Shown piece after piece: positions 39,459-49,384 of a stretch of 64,000 nucleotides of DNA (position 1 is the stretch's first letter; each line of letters starts with the position of its first letter). The notes below the pieces were generated by a model. The model did no database searches and was not told the DNA's origin. It saw nothing but the letters and a program-made list of their open reading frames with translations. Source of the DNA: an uncultured Desulfurococcales archaeon (GTDB lineage: Archaea; Thermoproteota; Thermoprotei_A; CAZTBM01; SZUA-1508); the NCBI GenBank assembly GCA_964611985.1, contig CAZTBM010000002.1, positions 12,802 through 76,801 of the forward strand, in the 5' to 3' direction. The position numbers and the translations under genes were made by a program.

Positions 39459-42400
39459 ATGCCAATAACGTATGCCAGTAAAGTATACGATGACAGTAAA
39501 ATACTAGCAATGTTAAGACCATATGTTGCTGAATGGTTTAAGAGAGAGTATAGTACGTTTACTCCTCCACAGAGAATGGCTATACCAGTGGTAAAGGAGA
39601 AACAAAACGTTTTAATATCCTCACCTACAGGGACAGGTAAGACACTTGCTGTCTTTCTTGCATTACTTGATGAACTCTACTATCTCTATGAGAAAGGTGA
39701 ACTAGAGGATCAGATATACATAGTTTATGTTAGTCCTCTTCGCGCACTAAACAATGATATGCGTAGAAATTTGGTCCAACCAATAGAGGGTATAGCTAGA
39801 GTAGCACAAGAATTAGGTTATGATATTCCCGCATTAAAGGTGGCAGTTAGAACTAGCGATACAACGCCCTATGAAAAACAGAAAATGACAAAGAATCCAC
39901 CCCATATACTTATAACTACTCCTGAAAGTTTAGCAATATCTCTGGTTGCTCCTAAGTTTAGGGAGAGGTTAAAAACTGCACAATGGATAGTTGTTGATGA
40001 AATTCATGAACTATGCGGTAGTAAGAGAGGAGTAGACCTAAGTCTCAGTATCGAGAGATTAGAGAACCTTACAGGCAAACCCTTGGTAAGAATAGGCCTA
40101 AGTGCTACAATAGCTCCCTTAGAGGAAGTGGCTAAGTATTTAGTAGGATTTAACGATAATGGTGAACCAAGAAATTGTAAAATAGTTGATGCACGTTTTG
40201 CTAAACCTTTCGACATTAGGGTTGTCTGTCCAGTAGTCGACTTAGTACATGCTAGTGCTGAAGAAATAAATGAAGCAATATACTCTACACTTACAGACCT
40301 TATTAGAAAGTATAGGACAACACTAGTATTTACCAATACGAGAAGTGCTACAGAAAGAGTGGTCTATAAACTGAGAAAGATTTTTGAATCAAATGGGGTA
40401 ATCGATGCTGACCAAATAGAAGCACACCATAGCAGTTTGAGTAGAGATATAAGGTTAAATGTTGAAGAGAAGTTGAAAAAAGGTCGATTGAAATGTGTTG
40501 TTTGTGTTTCACCTGAGAGTGAAGTATTAACATTAAATGGATGGAAGAAGATAAGTGATATGACATTAAATGACAATATACTATATTTAGACTTTAATGA
40601 TTTTAAACTTAAACCTGGAAGTTTTCAATCTATATTCATAAATAATTATTACGGTAAAGGTTACCTCATAGAAACCAAGCTAGGATTCAATATAAAGTGT
40701 ACGCCCGACCATAAGTTCTTGGTGTTAAGGAATTCTAAATTGCTCTGGGAGACCGCGGAAGGGCTAAAGGAGGGAGATATGATAGCTGTCATAAGGAAAG
40801 CGGATATCAATCAATCTCAGAATATTGATATGCTTAACTTTTTGCCTGAAGATTCATACATAGAGTTACAGGAGGAAGCCCTAAAAAGACTTAAAAAGAG
40901 CATATACGAGAAATATGGAAGTATAAAAGAGTTAGCTAATAGAATAAAGGTAAATCCAAGTACACTTGTGAGTTATCTTGTAGGGCGGTACCCATTTAGG
41001 TATGATTGTTTAAAGAAAGTATTAAAAGCTTTAAGTAATATTAAACTAAGTGTACATGACATAAAGTTCATAAGAACAAATAAGCGAAAACACAAGATCA
41101 AGCCGTTCGTATTTGATAAATATCTAGCGAGGTTTCTTGGTTTTTGGATTGCTGAGGGCTCATGGTACAACAATGGAATTAGGGTATTTTCTTCAGACCT
41201 TAAATTACTAAACAAATATAAAGATCTAGCACTTAAAATCTGGGGAATAGAGCCTAAGCTTATGAGAATATCCTCGGGCATTTACGGCTATAGCATCCTA
41301 TCAAAACTTTTGCTCAAAACGTTCAAGAACATCATAAAGATCTCTAGAAGAAAGTCAAAAGAAGGAGAACTGCCTGATTTCATCTATAAACTTAGTAAGG
41401 AGTCTATTTCACAATTTCTATCAGGATATTTTGATGGAGATGGGTACATAGAGGTTAAGAATGGCAGGGTATATAGTGCTGGTTTCGTCACTTTTAATGA
41501 AAAGTATGCTCGAGTATTACAAAAACTTCTTTTACAGCTTGGTATAGTTTCTTCATTAAGGAAAAGAGAATACGATGAGAGAATAAGTTTCCGGGGGAGA
41601 ATATTAAGGAAGCAAGGTACATGTTATACTGTTACTATTCTTGGCGGAGAATATTTGAGGAAATTCAGAGAAATAATAGATCCATGGAGAGAGAACTTAA
41701 AGATGATAAAAGAGTTAAAAGGACAAGGTTACTCAAATAGAGATGTAATACCAGGTATTTCCATGTTACTAAAGGAAATAAGAGAACATCTTGATCTAAC
41801 CATAGGACAGGTATATAATGCCGCATCCTATAATCCATATAAAGTTGAGCAAGGTCTAAAAAATATTAGTCGTAGGAATCTTATAAAATTATTAGAGTTT
41901 TATGAAAAACAAGCAAAAATAAAGAATAGAAGAGACATATTAAATGAAATACTGTTCCTTAAAGCATTAGCTCTAGGTGATATATTCTTTGACACCATAA
42001 CCTGTAAAAAAGTCATAAGATTAGATAGAATATGTAGCTTAGTTAATGTGACAGAAGAGAATTATGTTATAAATGGATTCATATGTAAAAATAGTTCAAC
42101 CAGCCTTGAGCTTGGAATTGATATAGGATATATTGACTTGGTTGCTTTACTTAGTAGTCCTAAAAGTGTTAGCCGTTTACTTCAAAGAGTTGGTAGAAGC
42201 GGACATAGACTCCATAGAGTTAGTCTTGGAAGACTTGTTGTGGTTGATAGAGACGACCTTGTTGAATGTACGGTTTTAGCTAAGGCAGCTATGGAAAGGA
42301 AGATAGATCGTGTAAAAATACCAAAGAATGCGCTTGACGTTTTAGCACAGCACATTGTTGCTATGGCTCTTGAAAGGAAATGGAGGATAGATGAGGCTTA

Positions 42401-43715
42401 TAAGCTTGTTAGGAGAAGCTATTGTTACCATGAATTAGAATATGATGATTTCATTAGTGTTTTAAGATACCTTGCTGGAAGGTATGGTGAACTTGAGCCT
42501 CTAAAGGTCTATGCCAAGATATGGCTTGATGAGGAGGAGGGTGTTTTTGGCAGAAAACGTAGAGGCAAAGTTAGGATGATATACTATATGAATTCTGGGA
42601 CAATACCTGATGAGGCTAAAATAAAGGTTTTCACTGAGGATGGAAGGTATATTGGTGAACTAGATGAACAATTTTACCAAATCTTAACACCGGGTGACAT
42701 TTTTGTCTTAGGTGGAAGAACCTATGAATTCCTTTACGGCTATGGCTCTTACGCCATTGTAAAACCAGTTAAAGGTGTAAGACCCACTGTACCCTCATGG
42801 TTTAGTGAAATGCTACCATTAGCCTACGACTCAGCTTTACTCGTAGGCAAGTTTAGAAGGGATACTGCTAAAAAAGTACTAAATGAGAGTAAGGAAAGTG
42901 TTATAAAATGGCTTATTCAAGAGTACAAGCTTGAACCTCATGCTGCTGAGAATATTTACCAATACTTTTATGAACAACTCATGTTCATGGATGGGATAGT
43001 GCCATCGGATAAAACGATTATTATTGAGCTATTTGAAGAACATGATAGACTTAATCTAATATTCCATACACTATTTGGTAGGAGAACAAATGATGCATTA
43101 AGCAGAGCTTACGCTTACATATTATCAAGACTGAAAGGGGTTAATGTACGCATTACTGTTACTGACAATGGTTTTATGTTGTCAATACCTAAGATCCCAT
43201 TGTGTTCAGATGAAATTAAAAGCCTTCTGGAGAAGGTGAGATCCAATAATATTGAAGAAATACTAAAAGAGGCGCTCAGGTATACAGAGCTATTAAAGCG
43301 TAGATTTAGACATTGTGCAGTAAGGTCATTCATGCTTTTACGGAGATACATGGATAGAGAGAAAAGCGTTCATAAACTCCAATTAAGTGCTGAAAACTTA
43401 CTTAGAGTGGTTATGGATTTAGATGGATTTCCCATACTCAAGGAGGCATATAGAGAAATCCTAGAGGACTTTATGGATTTAGAGCATGCCAAGGAGGTTC
43501 TCTCTAAAATAGAGAAGAATGAAATAAACGTAATAATTATAGGACCTAATAACGTGCCTAGTCCTTTTGCCCATATCATGGTTGTTCAAGGATATAGTGA
43601 CATAGTGTTAATGGAAGATAGAAGACGATTACTACAGAAACTTCATGAGCGTGTTATAGAATACCTTAAGTACAAATCTAAATTTACACCAGCTCCATTA
43701 GAGAATGGCGTATAG
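39459..43715 (+). CDS. lhr: Lhr-type ATP-dependent (DEIH-box) helicase interrupted by an in-frame intein
   Basis: Q-motif FTPPQRMA, Walker A SSPTGTGKT, DEIH box (VVDEIHEL), SAT (LSAT), motif VI QRVGRSGHR. Extein join predicted …GRLKCVV|SSTSLELGIDIG… recreates the helicase motif V region. Mature host about 888 aa. Confidence 0.8.
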   Translation: MPITYASKVYDDSKILAMLRPYVAEWFKREYSTFTPPQRMAIPVVKEKQNVLISSPTGTGKTLAVFLALLDELYYLYEKGELEDQIYIVYVSPLRALNNDMRRNLVQPIEGIARVAQELGYDIPALKVAVRTSDTTPYEKQKMTKNPPHILITTPESLAISLVAPKFRERLKTAQWIVVDEIHELCGSKRGVDLSLSIERLENLTGKPLVRIGLSATIAPLEEVAKYLVGFNDNGEPRNCKIVDARFAKPFDIRVVCPVVDLVHASAEEINEAIYSTLTDLIRKYRTTLVFTNTRSATERVVYKLRKIFESNGVIDADQIEAHHSSLSRDIRLNVEEKLKKGRLKCVVCVSPESEVLTLNGWKKISDMTLNDNILYLDFNDFKLKPGSFQSIFINNYYGKGYLIETKLGFNIKCTPDHKFLVLRNSKLLWETAEGLKEGDMIAVIRKADINQSQNIDMLNFLPEDSYIELQEEALKRLKKSIYEKYGSIKELANRIKVNPSTLVSYLVGRYPFRYDCLKKVLKALSNIKLSVHDIKFIRTNKRKHKIKPFVFDKYLARFLGFWIAEGSWYNNGIRVFSSDLKLLNKYKDLALKIWGIEPKLMRISSGIYGYSILSKLLLKTFKNIIKISRRKSKEGELPDFIYKLSKESISQFLSGYFDGDGYIEVKNGRVYSAGFVTFNEKYARVLQKLLLQLGIVSSLRKREYDERISFRGRILRKQGTCYTVTILGGEYLRKFREIIDPWRENLKMIKELKGQGYSNRDVIPGISMLLKEIREHLDLTIGQVYNAASYNPYKVEQGLKNISRRNLIKLLEFYEKQAKIKNRRDILNEILFLKALALGDIFFDTITCKKVIRLDRICSLVNVTEENYVINGFICKNSSTSLELGIDIGYIDLVALLSSPKSVSRLLQRVGRSGHRLHRVSLGRLVVVDRDDLVECTVLAKAAMERKIDRVKIPKNALDVLAQHIVAMALERKWRIDEAYKLVRRSYCYHELEYDDFISVLRYLAGRYGELEPLKVYAKIWLDEEEGVFGRKRRGKVRMIYYMNSGTIPDEAKIKVFTEDGRYIGELDEQFYQILTPGDIFVLGGRTYEFLYGYGSYAIVKPVKGVRPTVPSWFSEMLPLAYDSALLVGKFRRDTAKKVLNESKESVIKWLIQEYKLEPHAAENIYQYFYEQLMFMDGIVPSDKTIIIELFEEHDRLNLIFHTLFGRRTNDALSRAYAYILSRLKGVNVRITVTDNGFMLSIPKIPLCSDEIKSLLEKVRSNNIEEILKEALRYTELLKRRFRHCAVRSFMLLRRYMDREKSVHKLQLSAENLLRVVMDLDGFPILKEAYREILEDFMDLEHAKEVLSKIEKNEINVIIIGPNNVPSPFAHIMVVQGYSDIVLMEDRRRLLQKLHERVIEYLKYKSKFTPAPLENGV
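40503..42092 (+). mobile_element. Intein (530 aa) with LAGLIDADG homing-endonuclease domain inside the helicase gene
   Basis: Starts with Cys (CVSPESEVLTLNGW, block A) and TPDH (block B TxxH). Two LAGLIDADG motifs: ARFLGFWIAEGSW and FLSGYFDGDGYI. Ends …VINGFICKN followed by Ser (+1). Penultimate residue is Lys rather than the usual His. Confidence 0.8.
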
Positions 43716-43819
43716 CTATTTTACCTTCCTGAATATAAGTTTATGTAATATTTTCCGTGACCCTCTTAGAGTTATGAAAGAAAACTCTTTATAACTAGTT
43801 CACTTATAAACCACAAGCA

Positions 43820-45052
43820 ATGAGGAAATATCTAAAAAACGTCTACGTCTTATTAGCCTCATGGATTATATTCTCTTTTACCTATTCTATAGTAGATCCA
43901 TACATTCAACTATATTTCACTGAGCTAGGAGGCTCTCCTACACTTATAGGTATAGTTTTCTCATTAACTCCACTTACTGCATCAGTTTTCTACATTATGG
44001 GTAGTTATATAGCTGATAATTATGGCAGGAGGTGGCTTGTTACACGAATATCATTCCTTATAGCTATTGTCTGCTTAGGTTATGCTCTAAGTCCTTCATG
44101 GCATTTTCTATTACTATTCTTAATATTAGAGGGAGTTGCCGGCGTATATAGACCTGCTTTGTGGGCACTGTATGCTGATAGTTTACCTCAACATAGACTA
44201 GCTAGTGGTTTCCTTTTAGCTAACGTTATGCCTAGATTGGCAGCTATACCCTCACCTTATATTGGTGGTAGACTTGCAGACTTGTACCACATAATGGGGT
44301 ATAGATATGGATTCTTAATGGCCGCTATTGTAGCTTTTACTATTGCAGCAGTAAGAATAAGATACCTTAAAGAAACACATAAAGTTGAAGCTAAGAAATG
44401 GAGTGATATTCCATGGCGTAGGGTATTTAAAGAAAGTTGGAGAGAAATAGCTTACACCTTGAGAGAGTTACCTAAACAGTTAATGGTAATATTTGTGTCT
44501 GCAATTATATTTAATATGTCATCCTACATGTATGCCACATATAGGGTAATAGTAGCTGTAAAATTTATGGGGTATACTAAGAGTGTTATTGGATCTATCC
44601 TCTCATGCGCATTAATGGTGTTGGCTATATGGACTTTAGTTATAGTTAAATACCGTATACTTGATCGAGTACCAAAGGTAAAAGCGATGGTTGCTATCAT
44701 GTTTATTTACAGTATACTTTACTTAATTTACACATATGGCGAGTTATGGTCTATACTCACTGCGTTCGTCCTATCAGCAGTTTTTGGTACTACATGGGCA
44801 TCCCTCTATAACTCGTATCTGATGGAGACTACACCTTTAGAACTTAGAGCAAGAATACAGGCCTTAAGAATGATTGTAAGAGCTATAGCAACGGTTCTTG
44901 GTGGTGCACTTGCCAGCTTTCTCTACTTCCTGTATCCCAATTACCCACTCGTAATATTCTATGCTAGTAGTGTTCTCGGCTTCTCCTCAATATCATTAGT
45001 ACTCGCATACTGGTATAGGAAGAAATATAAAATACATCCACTACCTCAATAG
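43820..45052 (+). CDS. MFS-type transporter
   Basis: 410 aa, about 12 TM helices, MFS-like D(N)YGRR loop after TM2. Confidence 0.65.
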   Translation: MRKYLKNVYVLLASWIIFSFTYSIVDPYIQLYFTELGGSPTLIGIVFSLTPLTASVFYIMGSYIADNYGRRWLVTRISFLIAIVCLGYALSPSWHFLLLFLILEGVAGVYRPALWALYADSLPQHRLASGFLLANVMPRLAAIPSPYIGGRLADLYHIMGYRYGFLMAAIVAFTIAAVRIRYLKETHKVEAKKWSDIPWRRVFKESWREIAYTLRELPKQLMVIFVSAIIFNMSSYMYATYRVIVAVKFMGYTKSVIGSILSCALMVLAIWTLVIVKYRILDRVPKVKAMVAIMFIYSILYLIYTYGELWSILTAFVLSAVFGTTWASLYNSYLMETTPLELRARIQALRMIVRAIATVLGGALASFLYFLYPNYPLVIFYASSVLGFSSISLVLAYWYRKKYKIHPLPQ

Positions 45053-46012
45053 TTCAATACTATTAATTTTATCTAAGAATTCTAGTATTCTATTATAACT
45101 ACCTTCAATTCTATATATTAGTTTACATAAGGCACATACATCTGTTGAAGACGGCATACCACAGATACTACACTTTTTGATTTCTCCTAAAGTAACGTCT
45201 TTTAAATTAACGGCTTCACCCTTGAAGAATTTCCTTAAAAACTGTATTTTTATACCTGGATGTCTTGTTTCAAGCATGTTGAAAAAGCTCTTAATTTCCA
45301 CTTCTATACTCTCTTGAGGTCTATAAGGGCATTCACCATGATATATGGGAAGATTATTTACTAAAGCATAGACCAAACTTTCTCTTTCAGATACTTCAAC
45401 TAGAGGTTTAATTCTTGCAGGCATTAAGCCTGCTATTGCTTCAAGTTTAGGTTTGAGCTTTACAAGTTGACCATAGTTACCTAGAATAAATTCCTTTAGT
45501 ATGTATGCTATCATATCATCCATTGTATGTCCTGTGGCTATACTGTTTGCCTTGAGGTTTAATGCGATAACGTTTAAAACATATCTTTTGATCAAGCCGC
45601 ATACTGAGCATGTAGGTCTTTTACTAAGCTTACTTAATTCTGGCACTTTAAAGCCTAAACTTTCTTTTAAATCCACAATAACATGTTCTATATTTAATAG
45701 TTTAAATAACTCTTTTACTTTTTGCTTACTCTTCTCAGAATATTCACCTAAACCTAAATCTATGTATATTCCGTAAAGTTCTATATTTAGTGTAGAAGAT
45801 AGTAATGATAAAATATGAAGCAATGTCGTACTATCTTTACCACCGGATACGGCAACTAAAATTCTATCTCCCTTGCTTATCATTTTATATCTTTTGATAC
45901 TCTTTAGTACCTTTTTTACCATGAATTCATTAAAGTGTACCTGACATAAGGATAGTCTTGCATAAGGAAGTCTAATAATGGCTTTTTTCTGACAAAACTT
46001 GCAAATCATCAT
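45041..46012 (-). CDS. ttuA: TtuA/NcsA-family tRNA 2-thiolation PP-loop ATPase (Fe-S dependent)
   Basis: 323 aa. N-terminal CxxC…CxxH zinc finger, PP-loop SGGKDS, central CSVCG…, HGECPY, C-terminal CSICG…CALCK. This is the TtuA architecture. Confidence 0.7.
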   Translation of the reverse strand: MMICKFCQKKAIIRLPYARLSLCQVHFNEFMVKKVLKSIKRYKMISKGDRILVAVSGGKDSTTLLHILSLLSSTLNIELYGIYIDLGLGEYSEKSKQKVKELFKLLNIEHVIVDLKESLGFKVPELSKLSKRPTCSVCGLIKRYVLNVIALNLKANSIATGHTMDDMIAYILKEFILGNYGQLVKLKPKLEAIAGLMPARIKPLVEVSERESLVYALVNNLPIYHGECPYRPQESIEVEIKSFFNMLETRHPGIKIQFLRKFFKGEAVNLKDVTLGEIKKCSICGMPSSTDVCALCKLIYRIEGSYNRILEFLDKINSIELLR

Positions 46013-46017
46013 TTATA

Positions 46018-46233
46018 CTATCCACCTGAAAAAACTGTAAATACTGTTATCTTGTCACCTTCATTAATAGTATCGTACTCAGATAATACTTTATTATCTT
46101 TCGTTACAACAACATCTTCAACGGTGTATCCTAGTATTCTTATAAGCTCATGAACTTTAATATTCCGTTTATCAGGTACACTCACTTCCTTAACTATTCC
46201 CTTAGGAACTATCTTTACCCTGAATGTCACCAT
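46018..46233 (-). CDS. ttuB: Ubiquitin-like sulfur-carrier protein (ThiS/MoaD/TtuB/SAMP-like) ending in Gly-Gly
   Basis: 71 aa beta-grasp-like protein with C-terminal …VFSGG*. 5 nt upstream of the ttuA-like gene on the same strand. Confidence 0.65.
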   Translation of the reverse strand: MVTFRVKIVPKGIVKEVSVPDKRNIKVHELIRILGYTVEDVVVTKDNKVLSEYDTINEGDKITVFTVFSGG

Positions 46234-46340
46234 AATTCATCATACCTTGTATAATTGTAGTCTCCATTTTTACTATTAGTTCTTAGCTGAAACTTTATTA
46301 ATAGTTTAACTTTATATCTCTTGATGGAGATGGTGCTGGA

Positions 46341-47630
46341 ATGCCATTAATTAAAGAGGTAAAAAGTAAAGAGCATATTGGCTTAGAGGTTGAACTTAAA
46401 GGATGGGTATATAGGAAAATGACTGTGGGAGGCAAAATATTCATTGTATTAAGGGATTCTAGTGATATAATACAATGTGTAATTGACGAGTCAAAGGTCG
46501 ATCATGATACATGGAGCAAAGCCAAGAAGGTAACAAGAGAAAGTAGCTGTATTATTAGAGGTATAATTAAAGCTGACCCAAGAGCTCCAGGAGGCTATGA
46601 ACTACAGGTTACGCAACTTAATATCGTTGGATTATCAGATTGGTTCCCTATTAGAGGTAATGAAGGTGTTGACTTTTTACTCGACCATAGACATCTATGG
46701 ATTAGATCTAGAAAGCTACAAGCGATAATGAAGATTAAACATACTATACTGGAGGCTGGTAGAGAATACTTTAATAAGAATGGTTGGTGGGAGGTTACAC
46801 CACCAATACTAACAGGCTCAGCTTGTGAGAGTGGAGCAACACAATTTGAAGTGAATTACTTTGGACAAAAAGCGTACCTTAGTCAAAGCGCACAATTATA
46901 CCTCGAAGTATTAATTTATACTCTGGATAAGGTTTGGAGTCTTACACCATCATTTAGGGCTGAAAAATCACGAACAAGGAGGCATTTAGCAGAGTATTGG
47001 CATTTAGAGGCTGAGGCAGCATGGTACGGTATGGAGGATATGATGAGAGTTGTCGAAGAATTGGTATACTACATGGTAGATAAGGTGTTATGTAATAGAA
47101 TGGATGAATTAAAGTTTCTTAAAAGAGATACTCGAATACTAGAAAATGCTAAACCACCATATCCTAGGATAACATATGATGAGGCTATAGAGATACTTCA
47201 GAATAAAGGTGTAAACATAAAATGGGGTGACGACCTAGGAGCTGACGAAGAGAGAGTGTTAACAGAGGAATTTGAATCACCATTCTTCATAACGCACTTC
47301 CCTAAAGAGATTAAAGCATTCTACATGAAGTTAGACCCGAACAATCCTCAAGTCGTACTAGGATTTGATCTACTAGCCCCCGAGGGTTACGGTGAAATAG
47401 TAGGTGGTAGTGTAAGAGAAGATTCCTACGCTGTGTTATTAAAGAGGATATTAGAGGTAGGATTGAACCCTGAGGAGTATAAATGGTATCTTGACTTAAG
47501 GAAATATGGCACCGTCCCTCACTCAGGTTTCGGCTTAGGCATTGAAAGAACTGTAATGTGGATTGCAGGTTTAGACCACATTAGAGATGCTATTCCGTTC
47601 CCGAGATTTAGAGAAAGATTATATCCCTAA
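46341..47630 (+). CDS. asnS: Asparaginyl-tRNA synthetase (class IIb)
   Basis: 429 aa. APGGYELQV, FRAEKSRTRRHLAEYWHLEAEAAW (motif 2 with AsnRS-type W), GDDLGADEERVLTEEF, YGTVPHSGFGLGIER (motif 3). Confidence 0.75.
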   Translation: MPLIKEVKSKEHIGLEVELKGWVYRKMTVGGKIFIVLRDSSDIIQCVIDESKVDHDTWSKAKKVTRESSCIIRGIIKADPRAPGGYELQVTQLNIVGLSDWFPIRGNEGVDFLLDHRHLWIRSRKLQAIMKIKHTILEAGREYFNKNGWWEVTPPILTGSACESGATQFEVNYFGQKAYLSQSAQLYLEVLIYTLDKVWSLTPSFRAEKSRTRRHLAEYWHLEAEAAWYGMEDMMRVVEELVYYMVDKVLCNRMDELKFLKRDTRILENAKPPYPRITYDEAIEILQNKGVNIKWGDDLGADEERVLTEEFESPFFITHFPKEIKAFYMKLDPNNPQVVLGFDLLAPEGYGEIVGGSVREDSYAVLLKRILEVGLNPEEYKWYLDLRKYGTVPHSGFGLGIERTVMWIAGLDHIRDAIPFPRFRERLYP

Positions 47631-47767
47631 ATAGGAAAAATTAATTTATTCCTCAATTTAGCATAAACAAAGCAATACTACTTTACATCACATAGCATAG
47701 ACTATTATCATGAGTACTTCGAGTATTACAGTTACGACAATTACCACAGCTAGAATGGTGCAGGACG

Positions 47768-48679
47768 ATGATCCCGCCAAGTATGATGTATATGATAGCA
47801 CTAATAATGCTTGGATATATACTTGCGATTTTAGGATTAAAGAGAATCGTAGGTCCCATACTGTCTAAAGTAGTTTTCTATTACTTTCTCCCAATCATAA
47901 TGTTCAATGCATTTGCCAAGGCCAAGCTAGGTTACGAGTTTTACGCGATTGTTGCATTGGTCATATTTTACATAGCTGTAGGGTTGCTTGTATCATTAAT
48001 CTATGCTCGTTTTAGGAAACTAGACCCTCCAACAACAGCTTCAGTTGTCATCTCCTCGGTATTTCAGAATACAGCATTCATGCCTTTCCCTATAGCATTA
48101 GCTCTTTATGGTAATATAACACCATGCGCAGTTTACTCTTTCACCCTTACAACGATACATTATCCGACTATAGGGGTCTTAGCAGCAATAGTTGATAGAA
48201 AAGGTAATGTATTATACAATGCTGTAAAGAAGCTTATTACAATGCCCGTTATACCTGCAGGTTTTATAGGTATAGCCTGTAATATGATAGGAGCTACCAA
48301 GTATTTTCCTCAGAACATAATGGAGGTTATTGGCTTCATAAGTGTGTTTGGTGTCTACTTAAGTGCGATAGTTGTAGGTACAGGCCTACCACATCCTAAG
48401 GATGTGAGTAGAAAGATAGAGGACTACATTTTCTTCATTTTAGGCTGGAGACATATACTGTCGGTACTCATACACATTATATTAGCTTCATTAATCATAT
48501 CAAGGAGTATATGGTTCAAACAAGTAATGCTGGAGGCAATAATGCCGCCTGCGACGGGAAACACTGTTGTAGCATTTGTGTACGGATTTAATGTAGAGGC
48601 TGTTGCTAAATCTACAGTATTATCTACAGTGATAAGCTTAGTGCAAGTTACATTACTTCTCCTTTTAGGAGTACTTTGA
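47768..48679 (+). CDS. AEC-family (auxin-efflux-carrier/malate-permease-like) membrane transport protein
   Basis: 303 aa, about 10 TM helices, two-repeat topology typical of AEC family. Confidence 0.5.
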   Translation: MIPPSMMYMIALIMLGYILAILGLKRIVGPILSKVVFYYFLPIIMFNAFAKAKLGYEFYAIVALVIFYIAVGLLVSLIYARFRKLDPPTTASVVISSVFQNTAFMPFPIALALYGNITPCAVYSFTLTTIHYPTIGVLAAIVDRKGNVLYNAVKKLITMPVIPAGFIGIACNMIGATKYFPQNIMEVIGFISVFGVYLSAIVVGTGLPHPKDVSRKIEDYIFFILGWRHILSVLIHIILASLIISRSIWFKQVMLEAIMPPATGNTVVAFVYGFNVEAVAKSTVLSTVISLVQVTLLLLLGVL

Positions 48680-49255
48680 GTACTGTTGAACTTGCCTTCT
48701 ATATTTACATATATCGCCTAGAGGGCATGACCTACATTCCGGCTTTCTAGCCTTACAGTACATTCTACCGAGCATAATTAACCTAAGATGGGCTTCAAGA
48801 TAGTCTTCAGGGTTAAATATCTCCATCAGTTTCCTTCTTATCTCTTCGTAATCTGCTTTCTTGCGGACAAGTCCTAGCCTCTTACTAATACGTTTAATAT
48901 GTGTATCTATAGGAAATGTTGGTTTATTAGCATACATTAACAATATTACATCAGCTGTCTTAGTGCCAACACCTGGTATCTTTAACAATTCCCTCCGGGC
49001 CTCCTCTAGCGGTAGGTTAAGAACTTGTTCCAAGTTACCGTTTAAGTTCTTCTTAATGTATTGAGCTATTTCCTTTATTGTTTCGGCCCGTCTTCTATAC
49101 ATACCAGCTATTTTTATTGCCTCCATTATCGTATTTAATGGAGCCTTTAGAATGTTATCAATAGATATGTCTTTCACTGCTCTTCTTAGGTTATCATAAG
49201 CTCTAATAGCATTCTTATCGTTTGTATTTTGAGATAAGAGGACACCAATTAACAT
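48665..49255 (-). CDS. nth: Endonuclease III (HhH-GPD DNA glycosylase with 4Fe-4S cluster)
   Basis: LIGVLLSQNTND, HhH (LKIPGVGTKTADVILL), Cx6Cx2Cx5C cluster (CKARKPECRSCPLGDIC). N-terminal helix appears encoded upstream of ATG 49255 in frame (…INEFIATRIKSEYKSAFA-M) but with no canonical start codon before the in-frame stop. Confidence 0.75.
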   Translation of the reverse strand: MLIGVLLSQNTNDKNAIRAYDNLRRAVKDISIDNILKAPLNTIMEAIKIAGMYRRRAETIKEIAQYIKKNLNGNLEQVLNLPLEEARRELLKIPGVGTKTADVILLMYANKPTFPIDTHIKRISKRLGLVRKKADYEEIRRKLMEIFNPEDYLEAHLRLIMLGRMYCKARKPECRSCPLGDICKYRRQVQQYSKYS

Positions 49256-49384
49256 TGCAAAAGCTGACTTATATTCACTTTTAATTCTTGTAGCTATGAA
49301 CTCGTTAATGTCTAATTTTCCTAAACTTCTAAGCTTAGATAGTATTAAATCTCCTTGAACTCCAATTGTACATCTCCCTTAATG

